Shown here: in pieces, positions 23,884-36,300 of the stretch
Position numbering within the stretch: the stretch's first letter is position 1
Layout: each line of letters begins with the position of its first letter
NCBI GenBank assembly: GCA_001179505.1
Contig: CDMY01000405.1
Coordinates: forward strand, 248,001-312,000
DNA from: Vitrella brassicaformis CCMP3155
Lineage: Eukaryota; Protista; Chromerida
Direction of reading: 5' to 3'
Length of the DNA stretch: 64,000 nt
Notes under the pieces: model-generated
Seen by the model: only the letters and a program-made list of their open reading frames with translations
What the model was told of the DNA's origin: nothing
The model's database searches: none
Position numbers and translations under genes: made by a program

Positions 23884-24796
23884 CCTCTCTGCGTACCCGC
23901 ACAGGCTGGCGTACAGGGTGGGTGAGTCACTCACCTGTGAAGGCTCGATTTCCTCCTGTATCATGAGCTGCGCTGATCCCCAGAGGAATGGCAGGAAGTG
24001 GTAGTCATCGAGCCCCCACACGCCGCGCGACCCCGCCGGCTCCAGCATGTACGCCGTCTGCAGCGCACGCATCAACTCGATATACCTACACACACACACA
24101 CCAACAAGGCGCACACACACGGACGTACGCCCACACACCCGTAAGGTCTCATCATGTCTGCGCTCACTGACTCAGTGAAAGCGACGAGTACGATGTTTCG
24201 CTTGTCGTTCTGTGTGAAGTACTGGATGTGCCAGAGGCAGTAGAGGAAGGCCAGAAAGGCGGCCTCGTGCCCCGTGCCGTAGTCGATGCGAGTGCGGTTG
24301 CCGAACGAGTCCAGCAGGTAGGGCGTCAGCTCAACTATCGCACCGTGACTCTCGGCCGGCAACATCTCCTTCAGAAGATCCTCCACACGCTGATTATTTG
24401 ACACATTGACACATTGACAAACAAACAGACAAACAGACAGACAGATGGACATTGTCACACACACTGGCAGACAGACGGACGTACCTCGATGAGTCGGTCG
24501 TGCCACTGCTGGAAGGCCTTGTTGCCGAAGCGCATCGGCTGCTGGATGGGCGGGAACTCGTCGATCCATCCCCTGAGGGTCTGCAGCATGTGCTTGACCT
24601 TGGCCACCCTCTCCGAGAACTGCATGCCTTTGACGATTGGGTAGCCGCGCACCGCAGTGCCCATCTCGGTCACGAAGCCCATCAGCCGCTGGTACGTCTC
24701 CGACTGCAGAAACGCATTCAGGTCGCTCTCATTGCTGATGCGCTTCCGAGGCGTCACGAACTCGGTGGGCGCGGCGGCTGCGGGAGCGGCCGACAT
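23160..24796 (-). CDS. PTPA: Phosphotyrosyl phosphatase activator (PP2A activator, RRD1/2 family)
   Basis: [58 protein letters not shown] and [11 protein letters not shown]. Confidence 0.97.
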
Positions 24797-24923
24797 CGAG
24801 GCGGATGGATGGGCAGGTTGATGGATGCAGGGGGCTACGACGTTCGGCCGTCAAGATCCTCCATCCTACCTCCTCAGGGCTAGGCCTCTTGCCCTTCCGG
24901 GAGAGCGGTTTCACGAACCCCTG

Positions 24924-24931
24924 TGCGAGCT
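24924..24931 (+). promoter_or_regulatory. TGCGAGCT element
   Basis: In the spacer between PTPA (24796, -) and the beta-galactosidase (25059, +). Confidence 0.55.
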
Positions 24932-25058
24932 TGTATGTGAGCTCGCGGCGAGGAGAAGGAGAAGGAAAAGAAGTTGGATTACCAGGGCTATACCAGTAGC
25001 TGATTGGATCTCACATCAGCCTGATCGGATATCAGCTATCGTGCTGATCTGGGCCACC

Positions 25059-28015
25059 ATGCAGCGGCTCGCGAGAGCAGCTCGTGGCATGCTCATTGCT
25101 CTTATCTACATCTCTGCTGCAGCTGCCTCCGCTGCCCTCGAAGACTCATCTGCCGGCTTCATCCGCTACTCGCAACTCAACGGGTTAGTGAGCCTCACCG
25201 AACTGCCCACGCACCGACACACAAACACGGCTGATCTGTCATCTGTCGCTGCGTTGCGTCGCTTCAGGTCGCCTTACACGGTCACCTACAACAGTTCATC
25301 TCTGCTCATCGACGGGCGGCCATCTCTCATCCTCTCTGCCGGCATCCACTACCCCAGGGCCTCGGCGGGGGAGTGGGACAGGATCTTCAGATACATCAAG
25401 GCGGCGGGATTCAACGCCATCCAGTCCTATGTGTTCTGGAACATCCATGAGCCCATCGAGGGCCAGTTTGACTTCACCGGCCGCCGCAACCTCACTCTCT
25501 TCTTGCATAAGGCTGCCGAGCACGACCTGTTTGTGGTGCTGCGCCCGGGGCCCTACGTGTGCGCCGAGTGGACGTATGGCGGCATCCCCGTGTGGCTGCG
25601 GGCCGTGGAGGGGATGGCTTTCCGGCAGTACAATGAGCTGTGGATGGGCTACATGACCAAGTACATGAGGTGGATCATGCAGCTGGTGGAGCCGTCGCTG
25701 CCGAGGAACGGCGGCAATATCATTGTGGCCCAGGTGGAGAATGAGTACGGGTATCAGAGCGAGAAGATGCCGGACGGCCACAAGTATGTCGAGTACTGCG
25801 CCGACCTGGCCAACTCGCTGGAGACGGACGTCCCCTGGATCATGTGCAAGCAGGACGATGCACCGCCCTCGGTCATCCATACGTGCAACGGAAACGACTG
25901 CTGGAAATGGATACCGCACCAGTGTGGCGGTGAGTGAGTAATGCACACATGCACACGGGGGGACTACATGGGCGCGGCGCGCATAGATGAGATGGGTCTC
26001 TCTCTCCTTTCCCTGCTGCTTGGTTCTGCTTGGCTTGCTTCTTCAGCTGACGGTCAGCCGTGTATGTGGACAGAGCACTGGGTGCAGTGGTTTCGCAAGT
26101 GGGGTGAGGTTCAAAGGTACATCACACCTGACGTCGTCACCTATCGGGACCTCAGGTGCGCAGGAAGGAACTGGGGCCGGAGGGGCCGGCTGCATTCAGC
26201 AATGTGCGTGTTGTCCATTGGTTGGGTCAGGTGGTTTGCGTCAGGCGGGGTCCATCGCAACTACTACCAGGTGCTCGGTTGATGATACCCTCCCTCACCA
26301 CAGACGCAAACAGACAAACGCCATACCGTCTCTCGTCTTCCTGCTCTGCAGTCCTTCGGCGGGAGCAACTTTGGCCGAACGGCAGCTCAGTCGATCACGA
26401 CGAGCTACGACTACGGCGCAGCTCTTGACGAGTACGGCTTCCCGCGCGAGCCCCTCTACAGCCATGTCAAGACCATGCAGCTGGTGCTGGCCACCTACAG
26501 CCACGTCCTCACCACTCAGGCGCCGCCAGTCCCCACGCGCCTCGACCAGAATGACACGAGCGTCGTGGCATTTGACTGGGGGCCTGTTGCTTTTCTTGTC
26601 AACGAAAATGGCCCCACTATCTCCAGAACAGTCCCATGGAAAGGTGTGCGGGAGACCTGGGTGGTTTGCCGACACGTGCCCCTCTGCACAGTTGTGTTGT
26701 TCCCTGATAATATCAGGTCACTCCGTTTCTCTCCGTGGGCAGTCTGTTGTCATTGTGGACGAGGAGGGAGACATCCTGTTCGACTCGGCCGAGCTTCCCA
26801 GCCCTCACACACTCGCGTCAGTGCCCCTAGCCGGCGCCAAGCGGTCCTTCACGTCCTCATCGATCGCCTTCCGCCGCGACCCAACACTCGCCTACACGGA
26901 GGACTTCTCCGAGTGTGTGCTGCCGCTGCTGCCGTCCTACTTCTCCAGCCAACCTACCGAGCAGCTCACTCTCACGAACGACACCACCGACTACCTCTGG
27001 TACATCCACCGTGTCAGCGAAGGTGCGATGGCCTCCGGCGGCACTCAGCTGGCCATCCCGGCCCACCGTCATTGGCTCATGGTTTTCGTCGATGGCGTCC
27101 TGGTGGCCGCACGGAAGAGTGGAGGCAATGGGGGCTCGGTCATCGAACTGCAGAGGCCACCTCAGAAGACGATCGCGCTGTTGAGTTCCACCCTGGGACT
27201 GGTCAACTTCGGTGCCTATCAGGAGAGGTGGCACGCCGGCATCTATGGGGGAGCGGTGAAGCTCGACGGCCGGCCGCTGGAGGGCTGGGAGCACTGCCCC
27301 GGGGTGGGAGGGGAGACTTTGCAGCTGTGGGACGACCCTTTGCAGCACAGCGACGGCTGGAGAGACACCAAGTCAGCGGGTGTGGATGTGTCTGCGTGGC
27401 GTGATGTGCCCATTGTGTGGTACAAGGCTGAGATCGACATTGACGAGGCCATCGACATGGACGGCACCAAGTACTACCTCACCTTATTCGACGAGGACGG
27501 GCATGGGGGGCTGCTCAAGGGCAGCGCATTCGTCAACGGCCATGCTCTTGGTGAGAGGCAAGATAACAAGGCAAGACCCACGATGATCCGCCAAATGTGT
27601 TGTGACGTCTGCCTGGTTTCAGGCCGTTATTGGAACATCACGAGTCAGGGCAGCGACTGGCCGGTGGGGTCGTCTTCAGTGAAGGCTGACATTGTGCAGG
27701 AGGCCCGCCGCCGCCGGTCGCTCAGCAGCGGGCCACGGGAGGGAGGACCTGACCCTTCACGACTGCAGACGTACCATGTGCCCCCGGACTGGTCAGTCAC
27801 CCAATCAATCACACTCACGTCGCACGAAGCCACCACGCTTGCACTGCACTGCATTGTCTTGTTCTTGCAGGTTAGTTGAGGGCAAGAACACCTTGGTGGT
27901 GTTTGAGGAGATCGGTGGCGATCCCAGGAGTGTCACCATAACCCGTAGGCGGGTAACGGGCGATAGGATGGGCTTCATCCGCCATGGCGGACGGGAAGCC
28001 GCGATCTATGCTTGA
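25059..28015 (+). CDS. Secreted GH35 beta-galactosidase
   Basis: Signal peptide; SAGIHYPR, YVFWNIHEP, LRPGPYVCAEWTYGGIPVWL, QVENEYG (acid/base), PCMWTEHW (nucleophile), TSYDYGA; C-terminal KGSAFVNGHALGRYW and NTLVVFEE. Confidence 0.96.
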
Positions 28016-28283
28016 TGGTGCCTGAGCAGGCCAGATCTAAGCAGGTGCTGCAGGTGCTGCATCGATTTTCGTGCCTGGGTCGATTTTCGTGTTGCATGAG
28101 GGAGGAAGGAGTGGCCGTACGTGTACACTGCGGCCGCCTTTATGGGCCCCAGGAGTGTGCGGACGAGTGTAGGTCATTTTGTATTTGTGTGTGTAGGGCA
28201 CGATTGGTGTGTCTATGCGGTGCTGACAGTGTTTGTGTCACTGCATAGCAGTTTAGTGGACAGAGAGTGTGTATTGGGTGGAC

Positions 28284-28291
28284 TGCGAGCT
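28284..28291 (+). promoter_or_regulatory. TGCGAGCT element
   Basis: About 100 bp upstream of the ATG at 28389. Confidence 0.5.
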
Positions 28292-28388
28292 CGAAAGAGT
28301 CTCAGTGTCAGTGGGGGCCTCTTTCCCGTCTTCAAGCGTTCGTTCTCGAGCCAACGTCGGGTGTTCCCTTGCTCCTGTGCGTCACGCC

Positions 28389-29204
28389 ATGTACGAAGTC
28401 CAGGCCCGGAAAGACCATGGTGAGACCTACGGCACTTCTGCAATGCACTGCAGTGCATGCGCATCCACCGAAACCTCCTGGCGCCCCTGGATGACGGCTT
28501 TCTCTCTTGTGTGCGTGTCAGGGAGAGGCCATGAGATCGCGTTGTTTTTCCGCTTGATGAAAAGGGGCCACAGAGACGCATTCTGGTAGGTCAACACTCG
28601 GCTCAGAAGACAACGCACAGAGTTGTCATTTCGTTTCTCCGCAGGTCTTGCGTCTTCTGCTCGATGGTTGGTCTGGTCGGGTGCTGTCTGTTCCTCATTA
28701 TGTGCACCGTGGCCATCGACAAGCTCTCCACCATCGGCAACCCTTTCAAGGTCGGCCAGGCCCCCCGCAGCAGGGCCGAGGACGCCGCGAGGTTCGCCAA
28801 CATCAGCCGGCAGCTTGCCGAGAGGAACAAGCGGATGGGGATTGAGGATGAGGAGCACGAAGCCGACGATACAGACATGGACATGGCCAACCATCATAGA
28901 GACAAGGTAAGCGGTGGACGGACGGTGGGTGGGTAGGCGCGCTCGCTGGACGTGTGTGGGCATGCAGTTTGTGTGTGTCTTGTGGGTGTTTTGCAAGGGT
29001 CACTGGCACGACGAGAAGCACCACCCCGTTGTATCAAAGAAGGCCGAGGGCAAGGGCAACCTCCGCACCTCCAAAGAAGCCGACAAGACCAGAAGCACTG
29101 GCAGTAAGAATGCCGCCATCCCCCCCACCCACAGCCACTCGTCTTACGGCACTATCCACCTGGAGCACGTGCAGCAGCCCCCTGTGAAGAGGGACACACG
29201 CTGA
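28389..29204 (+). CDS. Single-pass membrane hypothetical protein (4 exons)
   Basis: MYEVQARKDHG/RGHEIALFFRLMKRGHRDAFW/SCVFCSMVGLVGCCLFLIMCTVAIDKL...HRDK/GHWHDEK...KRDTR*; phases are consistent. Confidence 0.7.
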
Positions 29205-29586
29205 CTGAGCCAGCCGAGCCCCCAAAGCAGCCAGGGCGGACGGGGAGCACGGGGAGCAGCCGTGCATGAGCAGACAGTCAGTCGTGTTGTATGCTTCGAG
29301 TTCATGACGATATGACTTGACTGATTGACTCAAAAGTGCAAAGCAGCTTTCTGCAATGGCTGTGCTTCCGCCCCATTCAATCAACCACACACACATATAT
29401 GGTGGGTCCTCAGCTGCCATAATGATTCCCTGTGTCTCCAGCATACAAGAACCGACACAACTGGGCCACAACCGAGTCTCCTTGTCTCCCTGTCACGGAA
29501 CAATCAAAGGCAGACCAGGACAGCGAGAACAAGGCAGATGAAGGCAGAAAAGCCGTTGATGTCTCATCTTCAAGCGTGACACAAAG

Positions 29587-29658
29587 GGGCCTTTCCGCGG
29601 TTCGAACGCGGGACCTCTCGCACCCAAAGCGAGAATCATACCTCTAGACTAAAAGGCC
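29587..29658 (-). tRNA. tRNA-Pro (UGG)
   Basis: The minus strand reads GGCCTTTTAGTCTAGAGGTATGATTCTCGCTTTGGGTGCGAGAGGTCCCGCGTTCGAACCGCGGAAAGGCCC: 7-bp acceptor stem GGCCTTT/AAAGGCC, anticodon arm CTCGC-TTTGGGT-GCGAG, GTTCGAA T-loop, 72 nt. Confidence 0.95.
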
Positions 29659-29731
29659 GGCATGCCTGTTTGTGGTCCATTCCAAGCAACACGTCGATAC
29701 ACCCTTGTCGCTCCACTCTCGCTTAGCTTGG

Positions 29732-29802
29732 ATGGAGGCAGCCAGCGGCAGCACGTCCCAGCAAGTAGACACATTGCTGGCTGCACTCACCGCCCGCATC
29801 AA
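29732..29802 (+). repeat. Exact 71-bp direct repeat of the first 71 coding bases of the 30261 gene
   Basis: atggaggcagcc...gcccgcatcaa is identical at 29732-29802 and 30261-30331. Confidence 0.95.
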
Positions 29803-30260
29803 CCGGCTCACTCCTCCTGCACTTCTGCATGGGGGCGTCCCCTATCGAAGGAGGAGTGGACCCGCTCGGGTGTGTGTGCATCTGGACCGGTGTCCGAGGA
29901 ACCGAAAGGCAGTATCAAAATGTTTGGCCCGCAGTCTCAGTACGCTGTCGAGAAATGGGTTAGAGAAGACATTACGAAACTGTTTCTCCACAGCGACCGA
30001 TCGGACAAGGGCGTGAAGCATACCATGTGAACCGGCATAGAGTGCTGATCAACATGGGGGTCGCAGCATCCCCTCACGCCTTCACCAGCGAGTTTTTTCC
30101 CTAGCCCGACTGACAAGGGAAGATCCGCCGCGCCACGCAGAGCACGTGTGGGCGCAAGCTGATCCGGCCATTCGAGAGCCACTGACAGCCACTCTCAACC
30201 ACTCATAGGTCCCATCCCTGCCCGGCCCGATCTTACCTCTGAAACACCCAAGCCGCTTCA

Positions 30261-32236
30261 ATGGAGGCAGCCAGCGGCAGCACGTCCCAGCAAGTAGACA
30301 CATTGCTGGCTGCACTCACCGCCCGCATCAAGGCCGCATTCGCCGCCCTCAGCAGAAGGCGGGAGAGAGCTGCTGCAGAGAGGAGAGCACTAGAGGCTGC
30401 TGCAGAGAGGAGAGCACTGGACGGCGTGACGGAACCGAACGACAAGGAGACGCTGCAGCTCTGTGTCGGCGGCCAGGCCTTCAGTGTGCGAAGGTCTGTG
30501 TTGCGGGCGGTCAAGGGCTCGGTGCTGGCAGAGATCTTCAGCGGCAGATGGGATGGCCGGCTGCTGCGTCACAATGGGCAGATCTTCCTCGATGTTGACC
30601 CAACTGTAGGCGGGAGGACGGGGAGAGTGACTGTCCGTGTGACTGTCTGTCTGTCTGTCTGTCTTTCTGCTTGCTTCATGCAGGTCTTCCGTGCTTTGCT
30701 GACGAGGGTGATGGTGTTCGACCAAAACAGCAGCCATGGCCACGGCCACTGCCAGTTCCACATCGCCCCAGATGACCCGATGAGAGACGACCCCGGTCTC
30801 CTGTTCTACGCCGACCTGCTGCTGACCTCCGGCCAACTGTCTGACCCCCTAGACACGCCATCTCTTCCTTCACCCTCCCCGTCCCCCCACCACGCAGCAG
30901 CCTCCTTTCTGTCCGCCAACCCCTGTTTCCCGCCATCTTTGTCTGACGCGCTGCATCACTTCGAGCGGATCGCCCGCTGCCTGCAGGAGGAAACTGCACG
31001 GGTCGACGCGGCCGTGGAGGAGTGGGCGGAGAGGCTTGCACGTGAGGAGCGTCGGTACGCGGCTGTGCGGCCCTTCCTGTCGACAGGTGACGATAGCGTG
31101 CTGTCTGTGGAGGTGAGTGTGGACCGTTCGGTGGTGGCGACCTCGTCTGCGACGATGGAGGTGGCGACCATCGGCACGGATGACAGGGGGCTGCCCAGAC
31201 CGATCATGAACCGCTTCGTCCGGTAGGTCGACAGACCCATGTATCGCGCGTGTGGATGGAATTCCCTTCTGCCAGGTGGCAGACGCCAATCGATTCCATC
31301 CCTCCCTGCCACTTCAATAAGATGGTCGACCTCTGTCGTCGAGCGAGACTCACGGCCGCCACGTCAACTGCCACCCCGCCCACCGACCCTTCCTCAGACC
31401 GTCCCCTCATCTTCACCCCCCTGCTGGCTCCATCAGAACGCACCGCCTTCTCACAGTGCTGCGACATGTACGGCGTCGACGAGGGCACCGACCCGCACAC
31501 ACGAGTGCCGAATGGGAGCAGCCTCGTGGCGAGCTTCTACGACTGGTGGATCATCAACCGGTGCGTGGGGGCGGTGCAGGGCCGGCCGCTGCGGCTCCTG
31601 TTCAGCAGCAGCATACATGGATGGCTGTATGCCACTCTGGCGAGGCGGGTGCGGAACATGAGCCGGCTGCTGTTTCTGGTTCGATCTGGGTGTGAGGTCG
31701 TCGGCGTGTACGTGGAGGGACCATTTCGACTCCCCGCAACGTCGCTCGAGGGCTCCCATGAGCTCCACACAAAAGGTGCGCCTTCACGACACAAACGACC
31801 AACCATTCAGCCCCTTCCCCTCTCTCCGTCCGGTTTGTCAGTGTCACTATTCAAGCTTCGTGGCAGCAGGCGCAACCCGTACATCGGCCCACTGCACCTC
31901 TCCCCCACCCACCACGCCGTCGACCGCCTCATGTGCGCATCACTCACCGACGACGCCGCCATACAGGGATTCGACACGCACAGAGAACGGAACGGCCTCG
32001 GCAAGCTGTCGTTCGCGAGCGGCCGGCTGTGGCTGGCGTACGGTGCGTCTTATGGGGAGGCGAGCACGCTGCGGCAGATGAGTGGAGGGATGTTAGAGGG
32101 GGAGGGCGATGCCATGGCGGGCCGGGGGTGGCTGGGGGCTCGGGTGAGGGATGAGGGGTCGTTTTACCCCTATGCGGTGGTCGGGGGGAGCAATGTGGCG
32201 GCGGTTGATGAGGTGGAGGTGCTCATGGTCGATTGA
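30261..32236 (+). CDS. BTB/POZ (KCTD-type) protein with a second degenerate BTB and a C-terminal TLDc-like domain
   Basis: LQLCVGGQAFSVRRSVL...GSVLAEIFSGRWD...IFLDVDP (BTB); RLLFSSSIHG...LLFLVRSG...VVGVY...VDEVEVL (TLDc-like). Two introns. Confidence 0.85.
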
Positions 32237-33321
32237 CTAACCCGACTGACTGCCCTCTGCGCATCCCATCCATGTGCATGCCATCCATGCTGTGTACGCT
32301 GTGGGATGGATGCTGCCACTGGGTTGCGCTTTATTATCTATCATTGTCTGTCATTATTGTGTGTGTATGTGGTCAATGACTCGTGATTTGGGTCGCTGTC
32401 AGTTTCCTGTTGACGCGCCAGTGCTATCTATGTGTAGAGGCTGGACGTGCTTGGGAGTTTTGCCCATGTGTGTCCCTGTGCCCTGGTCTGTCGCCGGCCA
32501 TCGACGCGTACCGGTCCCTCGGTGCAACGAGGGGCGAGTCCACGTCAATCGCCAACGGCCGACCAAGACACGGACAGACAGATGGGCAAGGGGTTCTGCT
32601 TTGCTCCTTGCCGATGAGTGCATTCGTCCGATTCGTTCCCTGTCTGCGTGTCCGCAACGTTTCGGCTGCAAATCTGTGTGCCTCTCCTTTGCATGTCGTC
32701 TGCGGATGGCTCCTCGCCCCTCGCTGCAGCGGGGGGGCGGGTAGACGTTCACGGGCGAGGGATCACCAGAGGACGGGCACACAGAGGGCCGTATGGTCGG
32801 TGAGGGATGGCTATGTGAATGTGTGTGTGTGTATATTGATTTGTATATCTGTCATTTGTGTATAGGGCCACGATCCGATCCTTTCGGTGGCCTGGCCTGT
32901 GTCTGCTAGAATATGTACACTAAGACACACTGGTGTGCTGTACCGATACAGGGAGGGAGGGAGGGAGGGCGGCTGTGGTGTCGACATGACTGCAGGCAGC
33001 ATGTTGGGCGACAACACTGGTACTCATGCCGCGATGTCTGTGCTGCGTGTATGTGCGTGTGTGTGTGCGTGTGTGTGTGTGTATGAGGACGGGGGACTCG
33101 ACAGACACAGCGGGGTTTGGTTTGAGTGAGTCAGCCAGGCACACTTTATGCACAGGGCTGCACGGCACGGCACACGAACGTACCTACAGTCACCGAACCA
33201 ACGAAGCACTGTCCACAGTCAGCTAAGCTTAGTCAGCTAGCTTTCACAGCTATGCGATAGATGTGCCACACACCAGCACCACCAGCATGGACCATCCAGC
33301 ATCCCTCACGTCACTCACGTG

Positions 33322-36300
33322 TTAATAGTAGTGCGGCCCCCCCCTGATGCACTGCATGCAGTCACACAGCCGACCCTCCTCGTCATCATCAAAGTCATCG
33401 TCCGCACCACCACCACCAGCCATGCCACCCGCACCCACACCATTATACGCTGGGGTGTCTGTGGGCTTCACGAAGCCCTTGAGTCCCTGGCCGTACGACC
33501 CACCACGCATTACTGAAAGAGAAGAGAGAGAAAGAGGAGAAAAGAGAATGGGCGGTTGCTGTCTGTCTGTCTGACATGACATCCATTGTACGTACGAGCT
33601 GGTCGTGGTCTGTTGAGTCGAGCTAGCAAATCGCGACGTCTACTCGAGGCTGCACACACACAGCCACAAGCCACCAAACAACCAGCCGTGAGTGGAAAAC
33701 ACGACAGCCGTGAGCTGAAAAATGGATACCAGCCCCAACACGTCACGTCACTGTCTCTCACACAACGAACGCAATGCAGGCAGCCGTGTCACCCCAAAAA
33801 ACCCTCTCGGTCGGATCGAGCCTCTCTCTCCCCGCCACCCACCCCTCCCACACACGGCGAAAAAGAAACCGAACGCGCCAGCCTTATCATGCAAGGCCAC
33901 TCTCTCTCTCGTGTGTCTGTCTCTCTCGCATGAGGTTACGTACCCGAAGCGACCGCGCCCGCGACTGCAGTGACTCTGACGCCGCCGACCCTGCCGCCGT
34001 TCCATACCTTCGCAACGCCCTCGTAGAACCGACGGAACGACGCCGCCACCTGTCCCACAGGTGGACAACGCGAACACACACACACGTGCATAGGCCTCAG
34101 AAAAAGATGAACGAACAAGTATGTGTGTGTGTTTCCGGCATATGGACTGTACGTGTTGTCCGTGCTTGGCGGCTTTCTCGTCGTATTTGGCGTTGAACGC
34201 CGCAGCCCTGACGCGACGCGCACAGAGAGAGGAAGAGAGACAAGAGTGTGCGTGCGCTGGTTTGGCGTGATGAAATAGGTCCCTCCCTACCTCTGGTTGA
34301 CGAACTCTCTGAATCGGCCGGTGACGTCCTCGAAATGGACCGACTCGAACCCACTGGCCTCCAGGTGCTCCCTGCAACGCAATCAATACACACATAAACG
34401 TCACACGTCGCACACGTCACACATATAAGTGGATTGAGTGAATGTCTGTGTCTGTCTATGGTTGGCTTACTTATACTGTGTGAGTGTGGGCAGGTTCTTG
34501 CAGGCGACGTAGTTGGTGAGGATCTCCTCGTCCTCGGCGGTGAACGGCTCCCTCTGGTAATAGTCCTCCTACACACACACACAACACACAGACACACAGA
34601 CATACACACGTGGGTCTTCTGCCCCCCCCTGTGTGTGTGTGTGCTGACTGCGTATAGGATTGCCCCCGGCTTGAGGAGGCTCCGGATGTTCTTGAAGAGC
34701 GCGTGCCGGTCCGCCACGTGCAGGAACACCAAAAACGAATACGCGCCATCGAACAGACCACCGCACTCATCTGCACACACACCCGCCCGCACACACACGT
34801 GGATGGCCGTTCAATGAGATCAGCACGTCCTCTTGCTTGCACACGCATACGAAGGGACCTTTGGTGACGGTGCAGAGGTCGCCACAGATGTGTGTGACCC
34901 TGTCGGTGAGCCGTGCCCTCTTGGTGAGGTCGTCTGCCAGGTTGTGCAGCTCCTGCTGGATCTCCACGCCCACCACACTGCAGTGGGCGGGCTGCAGAGA
35001 ATGCACCCAGTAGCGACACACACCTGCACAACACAACACACACACAACACACATACATTGGCAGCAAGCAGTGTGAGTGTGGATGTGGGTGCCCCCCCTT
35101 CTGGCTGCCATCGGACTGACCTCCGAGGCCCGATCCAGCGTCGAGTATGCGACACGGCCTGCCGCTACCGGTCTGGGACTTCAGGCCCAGCTTCTCACAC
35201 GCAGTGCTGCACACACAGACCCACAGAAAAGGAGGAAACAGAGAGAGAGATAGGAACAGACACTCCACACAACCTCCCTCGCCCCCTGGCCCCTCTCCTT
35301 GCGACCGACGTACTTGACGGCGTCGTTTCCCCAGTAGTGGTAGTGCGTCAGGGTCTCCTCCTCGCTGGGGTCCAGCCCCCCACCCTCCGGCTTGGTGGCG
35401 AGTGCCGCCTCGATGTCGGCCATGATCTGACGCTTCCTGTACCAGTACATGGCGTGCAGGTGGTCCTCGTTGGCCTCCCCCGGCAGACAAGTCACCACAT
35501 CAGCCACTGACGGGGTGGGGGATGCGATCAGATCCAGGCTGGCCAGCGCACTGGGGATAGAGGGAACGAGGAAGAAAGATGCTTGTGGGGTGTATGTGTA
35601 TGGGTGTGTGTGGTGTGGGAGGGTTGGTGGCTCACTTGACGCAGTCTGTGACGGTTGTGTCGGTGACGACTGGCTCACATGACCAGTGCACCCCTGCAAC
35701 CATTGCATTCAGCAGGGCAGAGGCAGAGAGAGAGAGAGACAGACAGACGGTGCGGCACAAACCATTTCTTGGCACGTGTGTGTGGTTAATGTGGCTGTGT
35801 ATGATCTGCGTTGCGTACCAGCGAGCCACGCTGCGGCGTCCTCCTTGGTGTTTTTGTAGTTGTCGCTGAAGTAGTCCACCCAAGAGGACTTCTGCGTCTC
35901 GATCTCCTGGAGGATAGACATCAACACGGACACACGGACACACGGACACACGGACACAGACAAAGGCGCACACATGAGTAGAGTGTGTAGGAGCACGTGA
36001 ATCTCTCGCCGTGTGTGTGTGTGTGTGTGTGAGCGTCACATGCATCTCACGTGGCAGACGAGCCTGGTGACCTCCAGCAGCTTGCGGATGGCGACGCCGT
36101 GAGTGGCGATCACATCCTGTACGGACGCACAGACAACGCACACGACACAAAATCCTTTCCTTTGATGACAGCAGGCGAAAGGTGTCATTCATATACAGTC
36201 CCACCGACCTTACCTTGTGTGCGGCGACGAGAAAGCACGGCCACCTGTTCGTTTGCACAAGGCAGACAGACAGACAGACACACACAGCCACTTTCGGTGA

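Noticed and set aside
29803-30260. Transposon or retroelement coding fragment
   Set aside because: No RT, integrase or transposase motifs, terminal repeats or poly(A) in any frame; kept only as an unexplained insertion.
32274-32865. Overlapping ORFs between the TLDc gene and the fusion gene
   Set aside because: No consistent exon chain or codon bias; probably UTR or intergenic.
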